Positions 9,785-20,446 of a stretch of 64,000 nt of DNA are shown here, one piece after another. The notes under the pieces are model-generated. The model saw nothing but the letters and a program-made list of their open reading frames with translations, ran no database searches and was not told where the DNA came from. Made by a program: the position numbers and the translations under genes. Each line of letters begins with the position of its first letter. Position 1 is the first letter of the stretch. The DNA lies in NCBI GenBank assembly GCA_964651445.1, contig CAZYYW010000001.1:173-64172 (forward strand), given 5' to 3'. The DNA is from an uncultured Thiotrichaceae bacterium (GTDB lineage: Bacteria; Pseudomonadota; Gammaproteobacteria; SZUA-229).

Positions 9785-10933
9785 TTAGATAACCACCAAC
9801 TCTGCGTGCAGTGCACCCGCCATTTTTAATGCTTCTAATATGGCAACAAGATCACCGGGGGCGGCACCTACCTGATTGACCGCACGTACGATGTCATTCA
9901 AATCAACACCGGGGTCAAATAAGAACATGCGGTTATCATCGGTACTAACATTAAGCTGAGAATCTTGCGTCACTTCTGTATTGCCCACTCGGGCAAAAGC
10001 ATTCGGCTGACTGACAGCTTCACTCTCTTTAATGGTTACCACCAAATTGCCATGTGAAACAGCGGCAGCGGAAACACGTACCGCACTACTAATAACCACA
10101 GTACCGGTTCTTGAATTAATAATGACACGTGCGGCGGCTTCACCTGGTGAAACTTCTATATTTTCAACCATGGATAAAAACGCAATTTTATCCTTTTGCC
10201 TAGTTGGCGCTCTGACTTCAATAGAAATTGGGTCAATGGCTCTCGCCGTACCCTGACCAAAGATTTCATTGATCGCATTCGACATTCTGTTGGCAGTGGT
10301 AAAGTCTGCTGAAAAAAGATTCAACACTATTTGATTTTTACCGCCCAATGTATTCTTAATGGTACGCTCAACAATTGCGCCTTTAGGAATACGCCCGACA
10401 CTGGGTATGTTAATGGTAATTTTTGAACCGTCTGAACCTTCAACACCAAGCCCACCCACAATTAAATTACCCTGTGCAATGGCATAAACCTGACCATCAG
10501 CGCCTTTTAATGGTGACATTAATAAGGTGCCGCCTCGTAAACTCTTGGAGTTTCCAATTGACGATGCAGTAACGTCAATTCTTTGACCTTTTTTGATGAA
10601 AGGCGGCAAGGTAGCATGCAACATTACCGCTGCAACATTTTTTGGCTGCGGATTCACACCCGGTGGAATAACCACACCTAATTGCGATAACATATTTTTC
10701 AAGCTTTGCGCGGTGAAAGAAACCTGACCAACGGAATCGCCACTACCATCAAGACCTACAATCAAACCATAACCAATTAGCTGATTATCACGCATGCCCT
10801 GCACTGTTGAAAGATCTTTAATGCGCTCTGCACTAACCGTTGTTACCGGAACTAATAAGACAAAAATTAACGTTAGGGCTATAAATAGTATATTTCTATC
10901 AAATACCGATTTTGTTGTATGATAATTTTTCAT
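9785..10933 (-). CDS. flgI: flagellar P-ring protein FlgI (likely start MKNYH at 10933, TAATG-coupled to the flgH stop)
   Basis: Signal peptide plus the [12 protein letters not shown] motif. Confidence 0.9.
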   Translation of the reverse strand: MKNYHTTKSVFDRNILFIALTLIFVLLVPVTTVSAERIKDLSTVQGMRDNQLIGYGLIVGLDGSGDSVGQVSFTAQSLKNMLSQLGVVIPPGVNPQPKNVAAVMLHATLPPFIKKGQRIDVTASSIGNSKSLRGGTLLMSPLKGADGQVYAIAQGNLIVGGLGVEGSDGSKITINIPSVGRIPKGAIVERTIKNTLGGKNQIVLNLFSADFTTANRMSNAINEIFGQGTARAIDPISIEVRAPTRQKDKIAFLSMVENIEVSPGEAAARVIINSRTGTVVISSAVRVSAAAVSHGNLVVTIKESEAVSQPNAFARVGNTEVTQDSQLNVSTDDNRMFLFDPGVDLNDIVRAVNQVGAAPGDLVAILEALKMAGALHAELVVI

Positions 10934-11607
10934 TAGAATGGCATCCACGGACTATTAAAGAATTTTGCCAACCAACCCTGTTCATTGGAATTGGCAAGTG
11001 AGCCTTTGCCGCTATATTGTATTTCAGCATTAGCGATACGCTCTGATAAAATTGTATTATCGGGTGAAATATCACTTGGCCGTACGATGCCTCGCAAACG
11101 GATAAATTCTTCTCCCTGATTTATCTTGATCCATTTTTCCCCCTGTACAAGCAAGTTACCATTTGTTAACACTTCGACAACGGTGACTGTTACGCTGCCG
11201 GTGAGTGAATTGCTTTGCCCACTATCGGCTTCACCTTTAAAATCATAAATGGATGAAAGTTTTGTATCCAGTAAATTACGGTCATTGTATGTCACTGGCG
11301 TGCCTAAAAAATTCAACGCTGTAATTTCATTTTCTGTTGTTTTTTTGGTTGCTGTATCGGCATTTTTACTCGCGTCAGTTCTCTCCTGCAGATACACGGT
11401 TAACATGTCGCCGACACGTCGAGGCTTTATATCTTCCATTAACAACCATGCAGAGCTAACCTGATAAATGGAGTCTGAGTGTTGCAACGGGCCCATCTGT
11501 ACCACTGGTTTTGCTGGAGCATACTCGATGTCACCACGCTTAGGTGAGGCACAGGCAGTTAGCATTAATGCGACTATTAGCAGTGATAAAGATCGAGTAA
11601 TATTCAT
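10933..11607 (-). CDS. flgH: flagellar L-ring lipoprotein FlgH (likely start MNITRS at 11607)
   Basis: Lipobox LTACAS; FlgH family; between flgG and flgI. Confidence 0.9.
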   Translation of the reverse strand: MNITRSLSLLIVALMLTACASPKRGDIEYAPAKPVVQMGPLQHSDSIYQVSSAWLLMEDIKPRRVGDMLTVYLQERTDASKNADTATKKTTENEITALNFLGTPVTYNDRNLLDTKLSSIYDFKGEADSGQSNSLTGSVTVTVVEVLTNGNLLVQGEKWIKINQGEEFIRLRGIVRPSDISPDNTILSERIANAEIQYSGKGSLANSNEQGWLAKFFNSPWMPF

Positions 11608-11622
11608 GGTGTCATCTCTCAC

Positions 11623-12408
11623 TTACATATTATTGGTTGCATACTGCAACATCTGATCGGCTGTTGAAATGGCTTTTGAATTCATTTCATATGCACGTTG
11701 CGTTTCTATCATATTAACTAGTTCTTCAACGGTATTAACATTTGAACTTTCTAACGAAGACTGGATGAGTGTCCCCAAACCCGTTAATCCTGGTGATCCG
11801 GTTTGAGGTGAACCACTGGCTGCAGACTCAAGAAAAAGATTATTACCGACTGCCTGCAAACCACTAGGATTTATAAAATCTGCCAACTGAATGGTGCCTA
11901 TTTGAGAGGGTGCAGAAGACCCCTGCGTAACAACCGAGACCACACCGTCTGAACTAATGGATATACTTAATGCTTCGTCTGGTATCGTAATATTAGGTTC
12001 TAAGCGATAACCGGTAGAGGTCACCAATTCACCAGACGGGCCTTTTTGCAAAGAACCGTCACGGGTATAAGCCGTTGCGCCATCGGGCATTAATATTTGC
12101 AAAAAACCTCTGCCTTGAATCGCAACATCTAACTGGTTGCCTGTTTGCACAATATTGCCCTGGGTAAATAATTTTTCTGTGGCAACTGTGCGCACACCGG
12201 TACCGATGTTCAAACCCGATGGGTTAATGGTATCTTCTGAAGATTGCGCTCCTACCTGTACAACATTTTGATAAATCAAATCGGCAAATACCGCGCGATC
12301 ACGTTTAAACCCTGTGGTACTAGCATTAGCAAGGTTATTGGAAATTGTTGCCATCCGGGTTTGTTGTGCTTCAAGTCCGGTTTTAGCAATCCATAAAGCT
12401 GAACTCAT
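11623..12408 (-). CDS. flgG: flagellar distal rod protein FlgG
   Basis: 261 aa; [19 protein letters not shown]...; C-terminal [18 protein letters not shown]. Confidence 0.95.
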   Translation of the reverse strand: MSSALWIAKTGLEAQQTRMATISNNLANASTTGFKRDRAVFADLIYQNVVQVGAQSSEDTINPSGLNIGTGVRTVATEKLFTQGNIVQTGNQLDVAIQGRGFLQILMPDGATAYTRDGSLQKGPSGELVTSTGYRLEPNITIPDEALSISISSDGVVSVVTQGSSAPSQIGTIQLADFINPSGLQAVGNNLFLESAASGSPQTGSPGLTGLGTLIQSSLESSNVNTVEELVNMIETQRAYEMNSKAISTADQMLQYATNNM

Positions 12409-12448
12409 AATATTTCTCCACTCGATAAAACAGTAAATAATACTGCTA

Positions 12449-13192
12449 TTAACTCATTTTCATTATTGCTGCTGAGGCAGCATCATTCTCTTTAGCAGTT
12501 TTCATGATTTTTACATGTGATTCATACTGCCGCGCCATTTCAATCATAGTGACCAGTGCATGTACCGTACTGACATTGCTTGCCTCAAGTGAGCCAGAAA
12601 CAATGCGGACACTGCCATCCACCTCAGCGGCACGACCCGCTTGCAATTGCATTAAACCGTTACCGCCTTTTTGCATATGATCATTTGGCGGATTAATAAA
12701 TTTAATGCGATCTATAATCGCCATGGTATTAGCGGGTTGCCCCAACGGCTGAATCGAAATAGTACCGTCGCTGCCAATGTCAAGTTTGGCATATGCTGGA
12801 ATAGTAATCGGGCCACCATTTCCCATAATGACATGGCCTGCACCGTTGCTTAAACGACCAAGGTTATCAATCCTTAAATCACCGGCTCGGCTATAAGCTT
12901 CACCACTACCATCCGCTGCTTGCACGGCAATCCAACCTTTGCCATTAATCGCAATATCCATGTCGCGACCAGTGCTAATAACTTCTCCTGCTGAAAAATC
13001 AACACCCGAATCTCTTGCCGTGGCATACACTCGACTGGCATGACCTGGGCCGTATAACTGCTGGCTTAAACTCGCATGAAAGTCAGCCTTAAAGCCAATA
13101 GTGTTCGCATTTGCCAGATTGTTTGAATTTATCGCCTGCGCCGTCATCATTTCTCTGGCACCATTCATGGCTAAAAAAATCATACGATCCAT
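12449..13192 (-). CDS. flgF: flagellar proximal rod protein FlgF
   Basis: 247 aa with rod-protein N- and C-terminal motifs. Confidence 0.9.
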   Translation of the reverse strand: MDRMIFLAMNGAREMMTAQAINSNNLANANTIGFKADFHASLSQQLYGPGHASRVYATARDSGVDFSAGEVISTGRDMDIAINGKGWIAVQAADGSGEAYSRAGDLRIDNLGRLSNGAGHVIMGNGGPITIPAYAKLDIGSDGTISIQPLGQPANTMAIIDRIKFINPPNDHMQKGGNGLMQLQAGRAAEVDGSVRIVSGSLEASNVSTVHALVTMIEMARQYESHVKIMKTAKENDAASAAIMKMS

Positions 13193-13250
13193 AATTATGT
13201 CCTGTTAATCATGCTCTATTAACGATGCGCTTTAACTATTTTTCTATAGT

Positions 13251-14471
13251 CTAACGAAGGTTAATAATTGTTTGAGTAATGGTATCCATCGCTGAAATAG
13301 TTTGTGCATTCGCCTGGAAATTTCGTTGCGCCACAATCATGCTGACCAACTGTTCCGTTAAATCCACATTGGAATCTTCCAACGCATTGGATTGCACTAA
13401 ACCAAGTCCGGCTGTGCCGGGTTCACTGCCGACGGGTGATCCAGATTCAAAAGTTTCCACCCATGAACTGTCACCAATGGGCCTTAAACCTTGTGCATTG
13501 GCAAAATTAGCCAACAACACCTGAGCTTCCACCTGTGTGCGTCCGTTGCTGTAACGTGTAAAAACCATACCCGAATCATTGACATCAATACCCAGCAACT
13601 GACCTGCGGTATAACCATCCTGGCTCAAACTGTTAACCGCAAAGCTACTGCCATATTGCGTGCTTTCGGACAAATCCATCACAATCGTCTGACCAGCGGT
13701 GGCGCCACCACCGGGATTCCAGGTAATATTGATTGCCGATGGTGCGTTAAAGGAGCCATCCGTATTAAAAGTAACGGGCGAAGTATCTTGTAAAACACCG
13801 CCAATCAAGGTTCTAACATTCCACTCATTAGGGTTAGTCGCTGGATCCAGCTTGCTGAAATAAAGAGACATTGTATGGTCATTTCCCAAGCTATCGTAAA
13901 CCGTCGTGGTGGTTGATGAGTTGTATCCTGCTGTATCAGGTACTCCGGACACCAATGCCCAACTAGAATCTGTTTCTACCCCACGTGCATCAAGATTTGC
14001 ACCCACCCCAACCGCAGTTGTTGGGCTAGCTTCTAAGTATGTATTGTTCAACTGCAAGGGAGCAACGGCACCTGTAATAGCACCACTACTATCAGCTTGC
14101 CTTGCCATTAAAGAAAAACCTTCATTGTTCACGACATTACCAGTGGCATCGAGTTTGAAACTTCCGGCGCGGCTATAGACCGCTGAACCGTTATTTTCTA
14201 AATGGAAAAATCCTTCACCACTAATAGCCAGGTCAAGTGGGTTTTCCGTAAACGATATAGTGCCTTGCGCAAACTGTTGCGCTGCTAACTGCATACGCAC
14301 ACCCTGACCAATAGATGTTTTTGATGCAGAGTTACTGGATGCATAAATATCTGAAAACTCTGCTCGCGACGATTTAAAACCTGTGGTTGCTGAGTTAGCA
14401 ATATTATTGCCAATGATTCCAAGGTCAGCGGATGCTGCTTGAATTCCACTTAATGCTGTATTGAATGACAT
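13251..14471 (-). CDS. flgE: flagellar hook protein FlgE
   Basis: 406 aa; MSFNTALSGIQAASADLGIIGNNIAN; C-terminal LTEQLVSMIVAQRNFQANA. Confidence 0.9.
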   Translation of the reverse strand: MSFNTALSGIQAASADLGIIGNNIANSATTGFKSSRAEFSDIYASSNSASKTSIGQGVRMQLAAQQFAQGTISFTENPLDLAISGEGFFHLENNGSAVYSRAGSFKLDATGNVVNNEGFSLMARQADSSGAITGAVAPLQLNNTYLEASPTTAVGVGANLDARGVETDSSWALVSGVPDTAGYNSSTTTTVYDSLGNDHTMSLYFSKLDPATNPNEWNVRTLIGGVLQDTSPVTFNTDGSFNAPSAINITWNPGGGATAGQTIVMDLSESTQYGSSFAVNSLSQDGYTAGQLLGIDVNDSGMVFTRYSNGRTQVEAQVLLANFANAQGLRPIGDSSWVETFESGSPVGSEPGTAGLGLVQSNALEDSNVDLTEQLVSMIVAQRNFQANAQTISAMDTITQTIINLR

Positions 14472-14493
14472 ATTATTCTCCGGTTATTTTGGC

Positions 14494-15186
14494 TTATTTA
14501 ATTTGTGTTACATCACTGAGTGTTACCGACTGGCCACTCGCAAGATTTAATAAAGTGCCCGATGGCGAACCATCAGCACCGCTGTTCAAAGAGATACTTT
14601 CTATTCGTTCTTCTAGTGAAATGTTAATCGCTTGCTGACTACCATTGGTTAAGGCGCTAGCCGTAACCAGATAGTGTCCAGCCGGTGCAACGCTGCCATC
14701 ATCGGCAAAGCCATCCCACTTAAATGACAACTTACCCGCATCATGACCGCCTAACGGCAAGGTTTTTATTTGTTCACCAAAACGATTGAATATGTTCAAC
14801 GTCACGTCACTTGCCTGTTGCTGCAGGTTTAACTGACCCGAAATATTACCGCCAACTGTTAACACACCCTGTCCACCATCAACCAATACTGATTTGCCTA
14901 CCAGAGCAGCGGCCTGTAGCGACTGATCAGACGATAGTTTTGTTGCCAGATCATCGAAGGAGTTTTGTAATTCATTTAGCCCATTTACCATAGAAGACTG
15001 TGTCAGTTGGTTCATAAATTGACTGGGATCCATCGGTTTGGTTGGGTCCTGATTTTTTACTTGTGCGACCAGCAGTTCAATAAAATCAGACTGATTTAAT
15101 TCATTCTTTGGTTCTTTGACTGCTGCCTGATTTACAAACGCTGGATTGACTGATGTAAATCTATTTTCAAATGCAATTTCTGCCAT
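14494..15186 (-). CDS. flgD: flagellar hook capping/scaffold protein FlgD
   Basis: 230 aa; N-terminal Q-rich region; FlgD fold; in flgC-flgD-flgE order. Confidence 0.85.
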   Translation of the reverse strand: MAEIAFENRFTSVNPAFVNQAAVKEPKNELNQSDFIELLVAQVKNQDPTKPMDPSQFMNQLTQSSMVNGLNELQNSFDDLATKLSSDQSLQAAALVGKSVLVDGGQGVLTVGGNISGQLNLQQQASDVTLNIFNRFGEQIKTLPLGGHDAGKLSFKWDGFADDGSVAPAGHYLVTASALTNGSQQAINISLEERIESISLNSGADGSPSGTLLNLASGQSVTLSDVTQIK

Positions 15187-15209
15187 TGTTCGCTCCCGAT
15201 AATTTTTTA

Positions 15210-15632
15210 CTATCGACCCATGGTCAATGTTTTAAGTAATAATTGTTTTGAGGTATTAAAAACTTCCACACTGTTTTGATATGAGCGTGACGCCGACATC
15301 ATATTTGCCATTTCTTCAATAGAATTGACGTTCGATTTAAAAACAAAACCTTCTGCATTTGCCATTGGGTGATCCGGTTTAAATTCTTGTTTTGCAGGTG
15401 CTGTGCTTTCAACAATAGCGGCTACCCGCACCGGGACAAAAGAACTACTGGTACTATTTCCATCCAGTGACTGCATTACCGCAGAAAAAACAGGGTGGCG
15501 CGCTCGATAAACATCAGAGGCCTTGTTGCTAACGGATTCTGCATTAGCCAGATTACTGGCTACGGTATTAAGTCGCACTGATTGTGCACTCATGGAAGAA
15601 CCGGCAATGTCGAATATATTATAAAGAGCCAT
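15210..15632 (-). CDS. flgC: flagellar rod protein FlgC
   Basis: 140 aa; FDIAGSSMSAQSVRLNTVASNLANA. Confidence 0.9.
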   Translation of the reverse strand: MALYNIFDIAGSSMSAQSVRLNTVASNLANAESVSNKASDVYRARHPVFSAVMQSLDGNSTSSSFVPVRVAAIVESTAPAKQEFKPDHPMANAEGFVFKSNVNSIEEMANMMSASRSYQNSVEVFNTSKQLLLKTLTMGR

Positions 15633-15641
15633 GTATTTCTC

Positions 15642-16043
15642 CTAGCTAGTCCCGCTTCTTAAAACAGTCATCATGCCTTTGAACTTGTTACTAAGAAACT
15701 GCAAGCTTGCTTGATAACGGAAGGCGTTTTCTGCGAAGGCACTTTTTTCACGATGAATGTCAACCGTATTACCATCCAGTGAAGGCTGATCCGGTGTGCG
15801 ATATAAAAGTTCTGCAGACGTTTCAGCAGAGGGTATTTGTATATGTTGTGGATGGGTACGGCGCAATGCCGTACTATTTTGAAAACCAACATTTCCCAAT
15901 ATTGATTTAAAATCTATGTCTCTCGCCTTATATCCAGGTGTGTCTGCATTCGCAATATTTGACGCGAGTATCTCTGCACGCTGTGCGCGTATGGCAAGTG
16001 CTTGTGGATGAATTCCTAAAGCGGAATCAAATGAAATCGGCAT
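15642..16043 (-). CDS. flgB: flagellar rod protein FlgB
   Basis: 133 aa; LASNIANADTPGYKARD. Confidence 0.9.
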   Translation of the reverse strand: MPISFDSALGIHPQALAIRAQRAEILASNIANADTPGYKARDIDFKSILGNVGFQNSTALRRTHPQHIQIPSAETSAELLYRTPDQPSLDGNTVDIHREKSAFAENAFRYQASLQFLSNKFKGMMTVLRSGTS

Positions 16044-16092
16044 GTTTTACTCCAACTTTAGCTTTTCTTGTTAAATACATGCTTAAACAAAA

Positions 16093-16109
16093 TGCAAACC
16101 GTATGCCAA
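16093..16109 (-). promoter_or_regulatory. sigma54 (RpoN) promoter for the flgBCDEFGHIJKL operon; minus strand reads TTGGCATacggtTTGCA
   Basis: Minus-strand TGGCAT-N5-TTGCA with canonical GG-N10-GC spacing, about 50 nt upstream of the flgB start. Confidence 0.55.
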
Positions 16110-16442
16110 CTATGCACGATTCGAATATTTTTTATTAAAACCCATGAAAAGTCGTAAGCGGCGGGGCTAACGGATGATTGTGTTGAACCGAAGAAAGGGT
16201 GACTGTAAAGAATAAAAGGAGAAAATAGAAAAAAGTCTGCACGTTGCCGGCAGTTTTTTTCCTCCCAGTGGCAATTGATGTCGTATGAATATCTTTATTG
16301 GTTGAGACATTTTCTTAAAACAAGCACAAAGGAAAATGAAAATACAAAAACCTTCAAGCAAGGTTTTTGTATTCTCAATTGAGGGATGCTACGGACTGGT
16401 TAAACTGGATAGACTAAACTACTCTGGTCAAACAAGCACAGA

Positions 16443-16946
16443 TCAGGCTTGTATCAACGAACGTTTATTTGCTGATCTTACGGATTGGCCGGTATTGTCA
16501 TACAGTTCAGAAGCGGCCGATGCCGCCGGAGAAATTCCTTGTAAAATGTCCAGCGCATGACGTGACTGTTTCGAAATGATTTCGACAATGCTGCCATTAA
16601 CACGATTTCTATCACGGCATTTTTCTGCAACATCTATAAGACTGCTCCATAATTCGGACAGCTGTTTGTTGTCACTGAAGACTTTCTTGTTTTCTTGTGG
16701 CGCTAACGTTTTTTCACCTGCCATGTTCATATTGCAGGATTCAAGCAAGCTCTCTCGCTGCCTGGAGATCACTTCGAGTTGCAGCATCCGTTCCTGTTTT
16801 TCACCAACCACGGCTTCTAATATTTCAACATCGTTTTCAGAAAGCACCTTATACTCATGTTCCAATGACTGCAAAAGCAACCGGGCACATTCCAATTCCT
16901 GCTCGAATACCTGCTTAATTGCATGCTGCTGATTTTTTAAGGGCAT
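16443..16946 (-). CDS. flgN: FlgN-like flagellar export chaperone
   Basis: 167-aa helical protein in the flgA-flgM-flgN position; pattern similar to FlgN. Confidence 0.65.
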   Translation of the reverse strand: MPLKNQQHAIKQVFEQELECARLLLQSLEHEYKVLSENDVEILEAVVGEKQERMLQLEVISRQRESLLESCNMNMAGEKTLAPQENKKVFSDNKQLSELWSSLIDVAEKCRDRNRVNGSIVEIISKQSRHALDILQGISPAASAASELYDNTGQSVRSANKRSLIQA

Positions 16947-17019
16947 GGGTATTTACTCAATGGCTAGCCACGATAGTTAACCACCGCCAACTTGGCTTTA
17001 TGGTCATCACAAATTAACG

Positions 17020-17331
17020 TCAGGATTTTAGAATACTTTCAAATTGCATTAGTTTGTCCGCAACTCTTTCTGCATCAAGCTTGTAGCTACCATCACTGAT
17101 TGCCTGTTTTACCTGTTCCACACGCTGCGTATCAACCACTGGCGCATTGACGACTGAATTATTAAGCTTGCCCAGTTGTACGGCGTTATCTGACAAACTT
17201 ATGGTATCAGCCGTGGAAGACCGACCGGTCTCAAGTTTTGCCGGCGTGCTTTCCACCGCCTGTTTCAGTTGGCTCTCATCTTTCAACCCATGTAACGCGG
17301 GCGGCGATATGCCATTAATATCTATCGACAT
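17020..17331 (-). CDS. flgM: anti-sigma-28 factor FlgM
   Basis: 103 aa; conserved C-terminal sigma28-binding helix ...[25 protein letters not shown]. Confidence 0.8.
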   Translation of the reverse strand: MSIDINGISPPALHGLKDESQLKQAVESTPAKLETGRSSTADTISLSDNAVQLGKLNNSVVNAPVVDTQRVEQVKQAISDGSYKLDAERVADKLMQFESILKS

Positions 17332-17425
17332 AATTTAACTCCTATTATTCTTTTTTTACTATCACACACATTAACGACCATTAATAATAAAACTTTAATA
17401 TTTAATATAAATAGACAAATATTGA

Positions 17426-18139
17426 TTAAATGTCAACTTTAACCTCACCGCTGCCGGTGACAATTCCTTCTAGTTTTTTCTTGGATTTAGTATTAATAAC
17501 GCTTATCCGTTCACCAATGGCACCACTGGCAAGTGCTTTTCCCATCATACGCACCTGCATGTTTCCTGACTGTGCCAGTATTGTGATTGATTGTCCACGC
17601 GAAATAACCTGTGGCTTTTTTAACATGCCCGGTGTCAATACAGTACCGGATGACATCCGTCTTTTTAATTTCATGCCAACACCTTGATTTAACGCTTCAA
17701 AATGCCCATGTGACAAACTAGCGAGATCATATCTTGCCAACTTAATGTCATTTTCCGAAATTATTGTACCTTTTTGTATCTGTCGCGCTGCCACCAAGAC
17801 TTGCTTATAAATACTGATACTGACCGGCACATTTAACGACCACGGTTTTGAGTCAGAACATTTGACACCGACTGTGGTTTTGCCAATGTCTCGGCCACCC
17901 CTGGGCAAAAATGCAGTCAATCTTTTTTCGCATTGTCTCAGCTTTAATCTTGAATCCAGCGAGCCCATTTTAATCTCAGGACGTTTTCCATGCTTGGATG
18001 TCGCATGCTTTGTAATAAATTCTTTTGCCGCCTGATAAATACTGTTATGACTCTGATGTGTCGCCGCATTTAAAACTGGCGTATGCAACATCAGGCATAG
18101 ACACAGAACGAATAACTGTCTGTTAAATATATTATTCAT
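17426..18139 (-). CDS. flgA: flagellar P-ring assembly chaperone FlgA
   Basis: 237 aa; signal peptide; SAF/FlgA C-terminal domain (GQSITILAQSGNMQV...GERISVIN). Confidence 0.8.
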   Translation of the reverse strand: MNNIFNRQLFVLCLCLMLHTPVLNAATHQSHNSIYQAAKEFITKHATSKHGKRPEIKMGSLDSRLKLRQCEKRLTAFLPRGGRDIGKTTVGVKCSDSKPWSLNVPVSISIYKQVLVAARQIQKGTIISENDIKLARYDLASLSHGHFEALNQGVGMKLKRRMSSGTVLTPGMLKKPQVISRGQSITILAQSGNMQVRMMGKALASGAIGERISVINTKSKKKLEGIVTGSGEVKVDI

Positions 18140-18157
18140 GACTCAATATGTGGCTCA

Positions 18158-19297
18158 CTAACCATGTTGTAGTGGATTTTTTCTAATCCATGCATCATTC
18201 AAGCCGTATTTATCTGCTACATCCAGCACAAAAGCATCGGCTTGCTGTCTATTTGTAAAACCATGCACGGTAAGACGATACACGGCTTGACCGTTAACCA
18301 TTGCCTGTTTTATTTTAGGTGATAAGTTTTCATCTGTTATTTGTGTGGCTAACATTTCTGCTTTATTTTTACGCTTGAATGAAGCGATAGCAACGCTGTA
18401 GCGGTTGTCTACAAGCAGTGACTGTGTTGTTGCCGCCGCCTGCTGACTAGCCGCCAACAAGTCCTTCTGAACATCTGCAATATTGCCAAGCGGCGGGTTC
18501 GTTTCTTTCAGTTTTATTTTTACAGATTGCAGTTGGGTTTTTAAGGACGCTATTTCATCCACCAATGTGGCGGCCGATGTGCTAACCAATTTGTCGGCAT
18601 GAGTCTCTGCTGCAAGCGCCGTTATTATTTCCGCAGAGGATTCTTTCGTTGCTAAAGACTGATTAGCCGTTTTTACCAACTGCAAATCAATTTGCATCGG
18701 TAGTAGTTTTTCAGTTATATCTATCTGGTTAGTCGATATTTCGGCATTTTCAGGTACGACTTTATTTTGCCATTTATCTTCATAAACAATCAATGATTTT
18801 TCCAACGCATTCGTGCGCACATTAAAGTGGAAGAAACTAATCACCAGCAAGCTAATGACAGTCAGTAACAACAGTAATTGAAACCAACTACCGATGCCTG
18901 TCTTTAACAGCGTTGTTTTTGATTGTGAAAAAAAATCCGGTTTTTTTTCTCGCTTCAGACTGGCTGTTGATAACGATACAATATCTTCTTGCTGTTTTTT
19001 GTCGGTGTTTGTATTAGCCGGTGATTGCTTTACCTTCTGTTTCACCATGAAATCACGCACACTCATTGGTTTACCAGCCTCAGCGGCATCCGCTGGTCCG
19101 TCATCCTGAATCCCCTGCAGTATACTGCTTAGATTCGGGTTTTCCGATGAGATATAATTTTCAGTTGCTGTTATCACTGTTTTATCCCCTACCTGCGTTT
19201 TATTTTTACGACTTTCTCTACGCAATATCGCTGTAAAATCAGAAATAGTCGGATCTGATTCATCTTGCGCTGGGTACATGTTGCTCATGGCAACCAT
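18158..19297 (-). CDS. single-pass membrane protein with a C-terminal SPOR (peptidoglycan-binding) domain
   Basis: One TM helix (SWFQLLLLLTVISLLVISFF); C-terminal AVYRLTVHGFTNRQQADAFV SPOR-like fold; 1-nt overlap with the upstream GGDEF gene. Confidence 0.5.
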   Translation of the reverse strand: MVAMSNMYPAQDESDPTISDFTAILRRESRKNKTQVGDKTVITATENYISSENPNLSSILQGIQDDGPADAAEAGKPMSVRDFMVKQKVKQSPANTNTDKKQQEDIVSLSTASLKREKKPDFFSQSKTTLLKTGIGSWFQLLLLLTVISLLVISFFHFNVRTNALEKSLIVYEDKWQNKVVPENAEISTNQIDITEKLLPMQIDLQLVKTANQSLATKESSAEIITALAAETHADKLVSTSAATLVDEIASLKTQLQSVKIKLKETNPPLGNIADVQKDLLAASQQAAATTQSLLVDNRYSVAIASFKRKNKAEMLATQITDENLSPKIKQAMVNGQAVYRLTVHGFTNRQQADAFVLDVADKYGLNDAWIRKNPLQHG

Positions 19298-20229
19298 TAC
19301 ACGTTACCTGATTCCCTGCTGCCATCAGGCAAATCACCGTAAATACGATTCTTCCCAAGTATTTTTGCATGATATAACGCGGTATTAACTCGATCGAATA
19401 ATTTTGTCGCGGTATCATCATAAGCAACGGTAACAACGCCGGCACTCAAAGTGAAGGCAATATCATTGCCTTGATATTGACAGCTATCAGACAAAACATA
19501 GTCTTTTATTCTTCTCGCCGCTTCTACCGATTCAGGCTTACTGGTATGTGGCAAGAAGACAAGAAACTCGTCGCCGCCATTACGATAAACAACATCACTG
19601 TAACGTGCTTTCTTTTCAATTCGTCGCGCCACTTCCACCAAAACTGCGTCACCCGCTGACTTACCGTGTTGCTTATTAATGCCTTTCAAGTCATCCAGAT
19701 CAAACATTAATAAAGAGAATGGTTTTTTATAGCGTTGCGCTCTTTTTATTTCCAGCTCAACGATGTCATGGTAATAACTGCCATTTCGTAAACCTGTAAG
19801 CTCATCACGTTGCGCAAAGCGAATGACCTGTTGAAAGCGTAAAGCGTTACGCAAAGGTAAAGCCAGACCCGCAATCATCACTTCGATGGTTTCCAGTTCT
19901 GCTTTTACAAACTCAGCATCACGGGTAATGGTTAAACTGCCCAGTGAACGCTGAGCATAAGTGAGCACATAATTGCACCGATGATCACCCGCTGTGCCAT
20001 TTATCAAGGAGGTTTTTGTTAACTCATCCTTATACTCAATACTGTCAAAGGGTATCTGTGCTTGCAGATCGCTGATAAAGGTGTCAAATAGTTGGTAGAA
20101 ATCCAATGCTTCATGCAAGCGATTAATGAAACTTGTTAGCCATGCGCTGCGGACGGTGTCCATGCACATATTGCTTTCATTAGCGATTTTTCTGTTATTT
20201 GCATGCAACTGTATAATACGTTCAGCCAT
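19297..20229 (-). CDS. GGDEF-domain diguanylate cyclase with an N-terminal sensory domain of unknown type
   Basis: GGDEF motif (NGGDEF), I-site RYSD five residues upstream, DELTGL linker. Confidence 0.85.
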   Translation of the reverse strand: MAERIIQLHANNRKIANESNMCMDTVRSAWLTSFINRLHEALDFYQLFDTFISDLQAQIPFDSIEYKDELTKTSLINGTAGDHRCNYVLTYAQRSLGSLTITRDAEFVKAELETIEVMIAGLALPLRNALRFQQVIRFAQRDELTGLRNGSYYHDIVELEIKRAQRYKKPFSLLMFDLDDLKGINKQHGKSAGDAVLVEVARRIEKKARYSDVVYRNGGDEFLVFLPHTSKPESVEAARRIKDYVLSDSCQYQGNDIAFTLSAGVVTVAYDDTATKLFDRVNTALYHAKILGKNRIYGDLPDGSRESGNV

Positions 20230-20266
20230 CTGTGTTTCCTCGAAGCATTAATCTTACGTTACAACA

Positions 20267-20283
20267 AAGCAACAACTGTGCCA
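20267..20283 (-). promoter_or_regulatory. sigma54 promoter driving the GGDEF-SPOR-flgA-flgM-flgN operon; minus strand reads TGGCACagttgTTGCT
   Basis: Minus-strand TGGCAC-N5-TTGCT with GG-N10-GC spacing, about 45 nt upstream of the GGDEF ATG. Confidence 0.55.
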
Positions 20284-20446
20284 GAACACCTCGTACAGTA
20301 ATAACAGTGGCTTAGCATAAAAAAATTTTATTAACGACAATTTTTTGACGCTAGACGGCAGGCTGTATTCTGCACAATGAAGCAATAGGCGGCAAAGTTT
20401 TGCCGCTATGTTAGAAACCCTTAGGATTGAGGGTGGATTAAATACA

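Noticed and set aside
13279-14178. Plus-strand ORFs of 81-100 aa inside flgE
   Set aside because: Shadow ORFs opposite a conserved hook gene, with no RBS or motifs.
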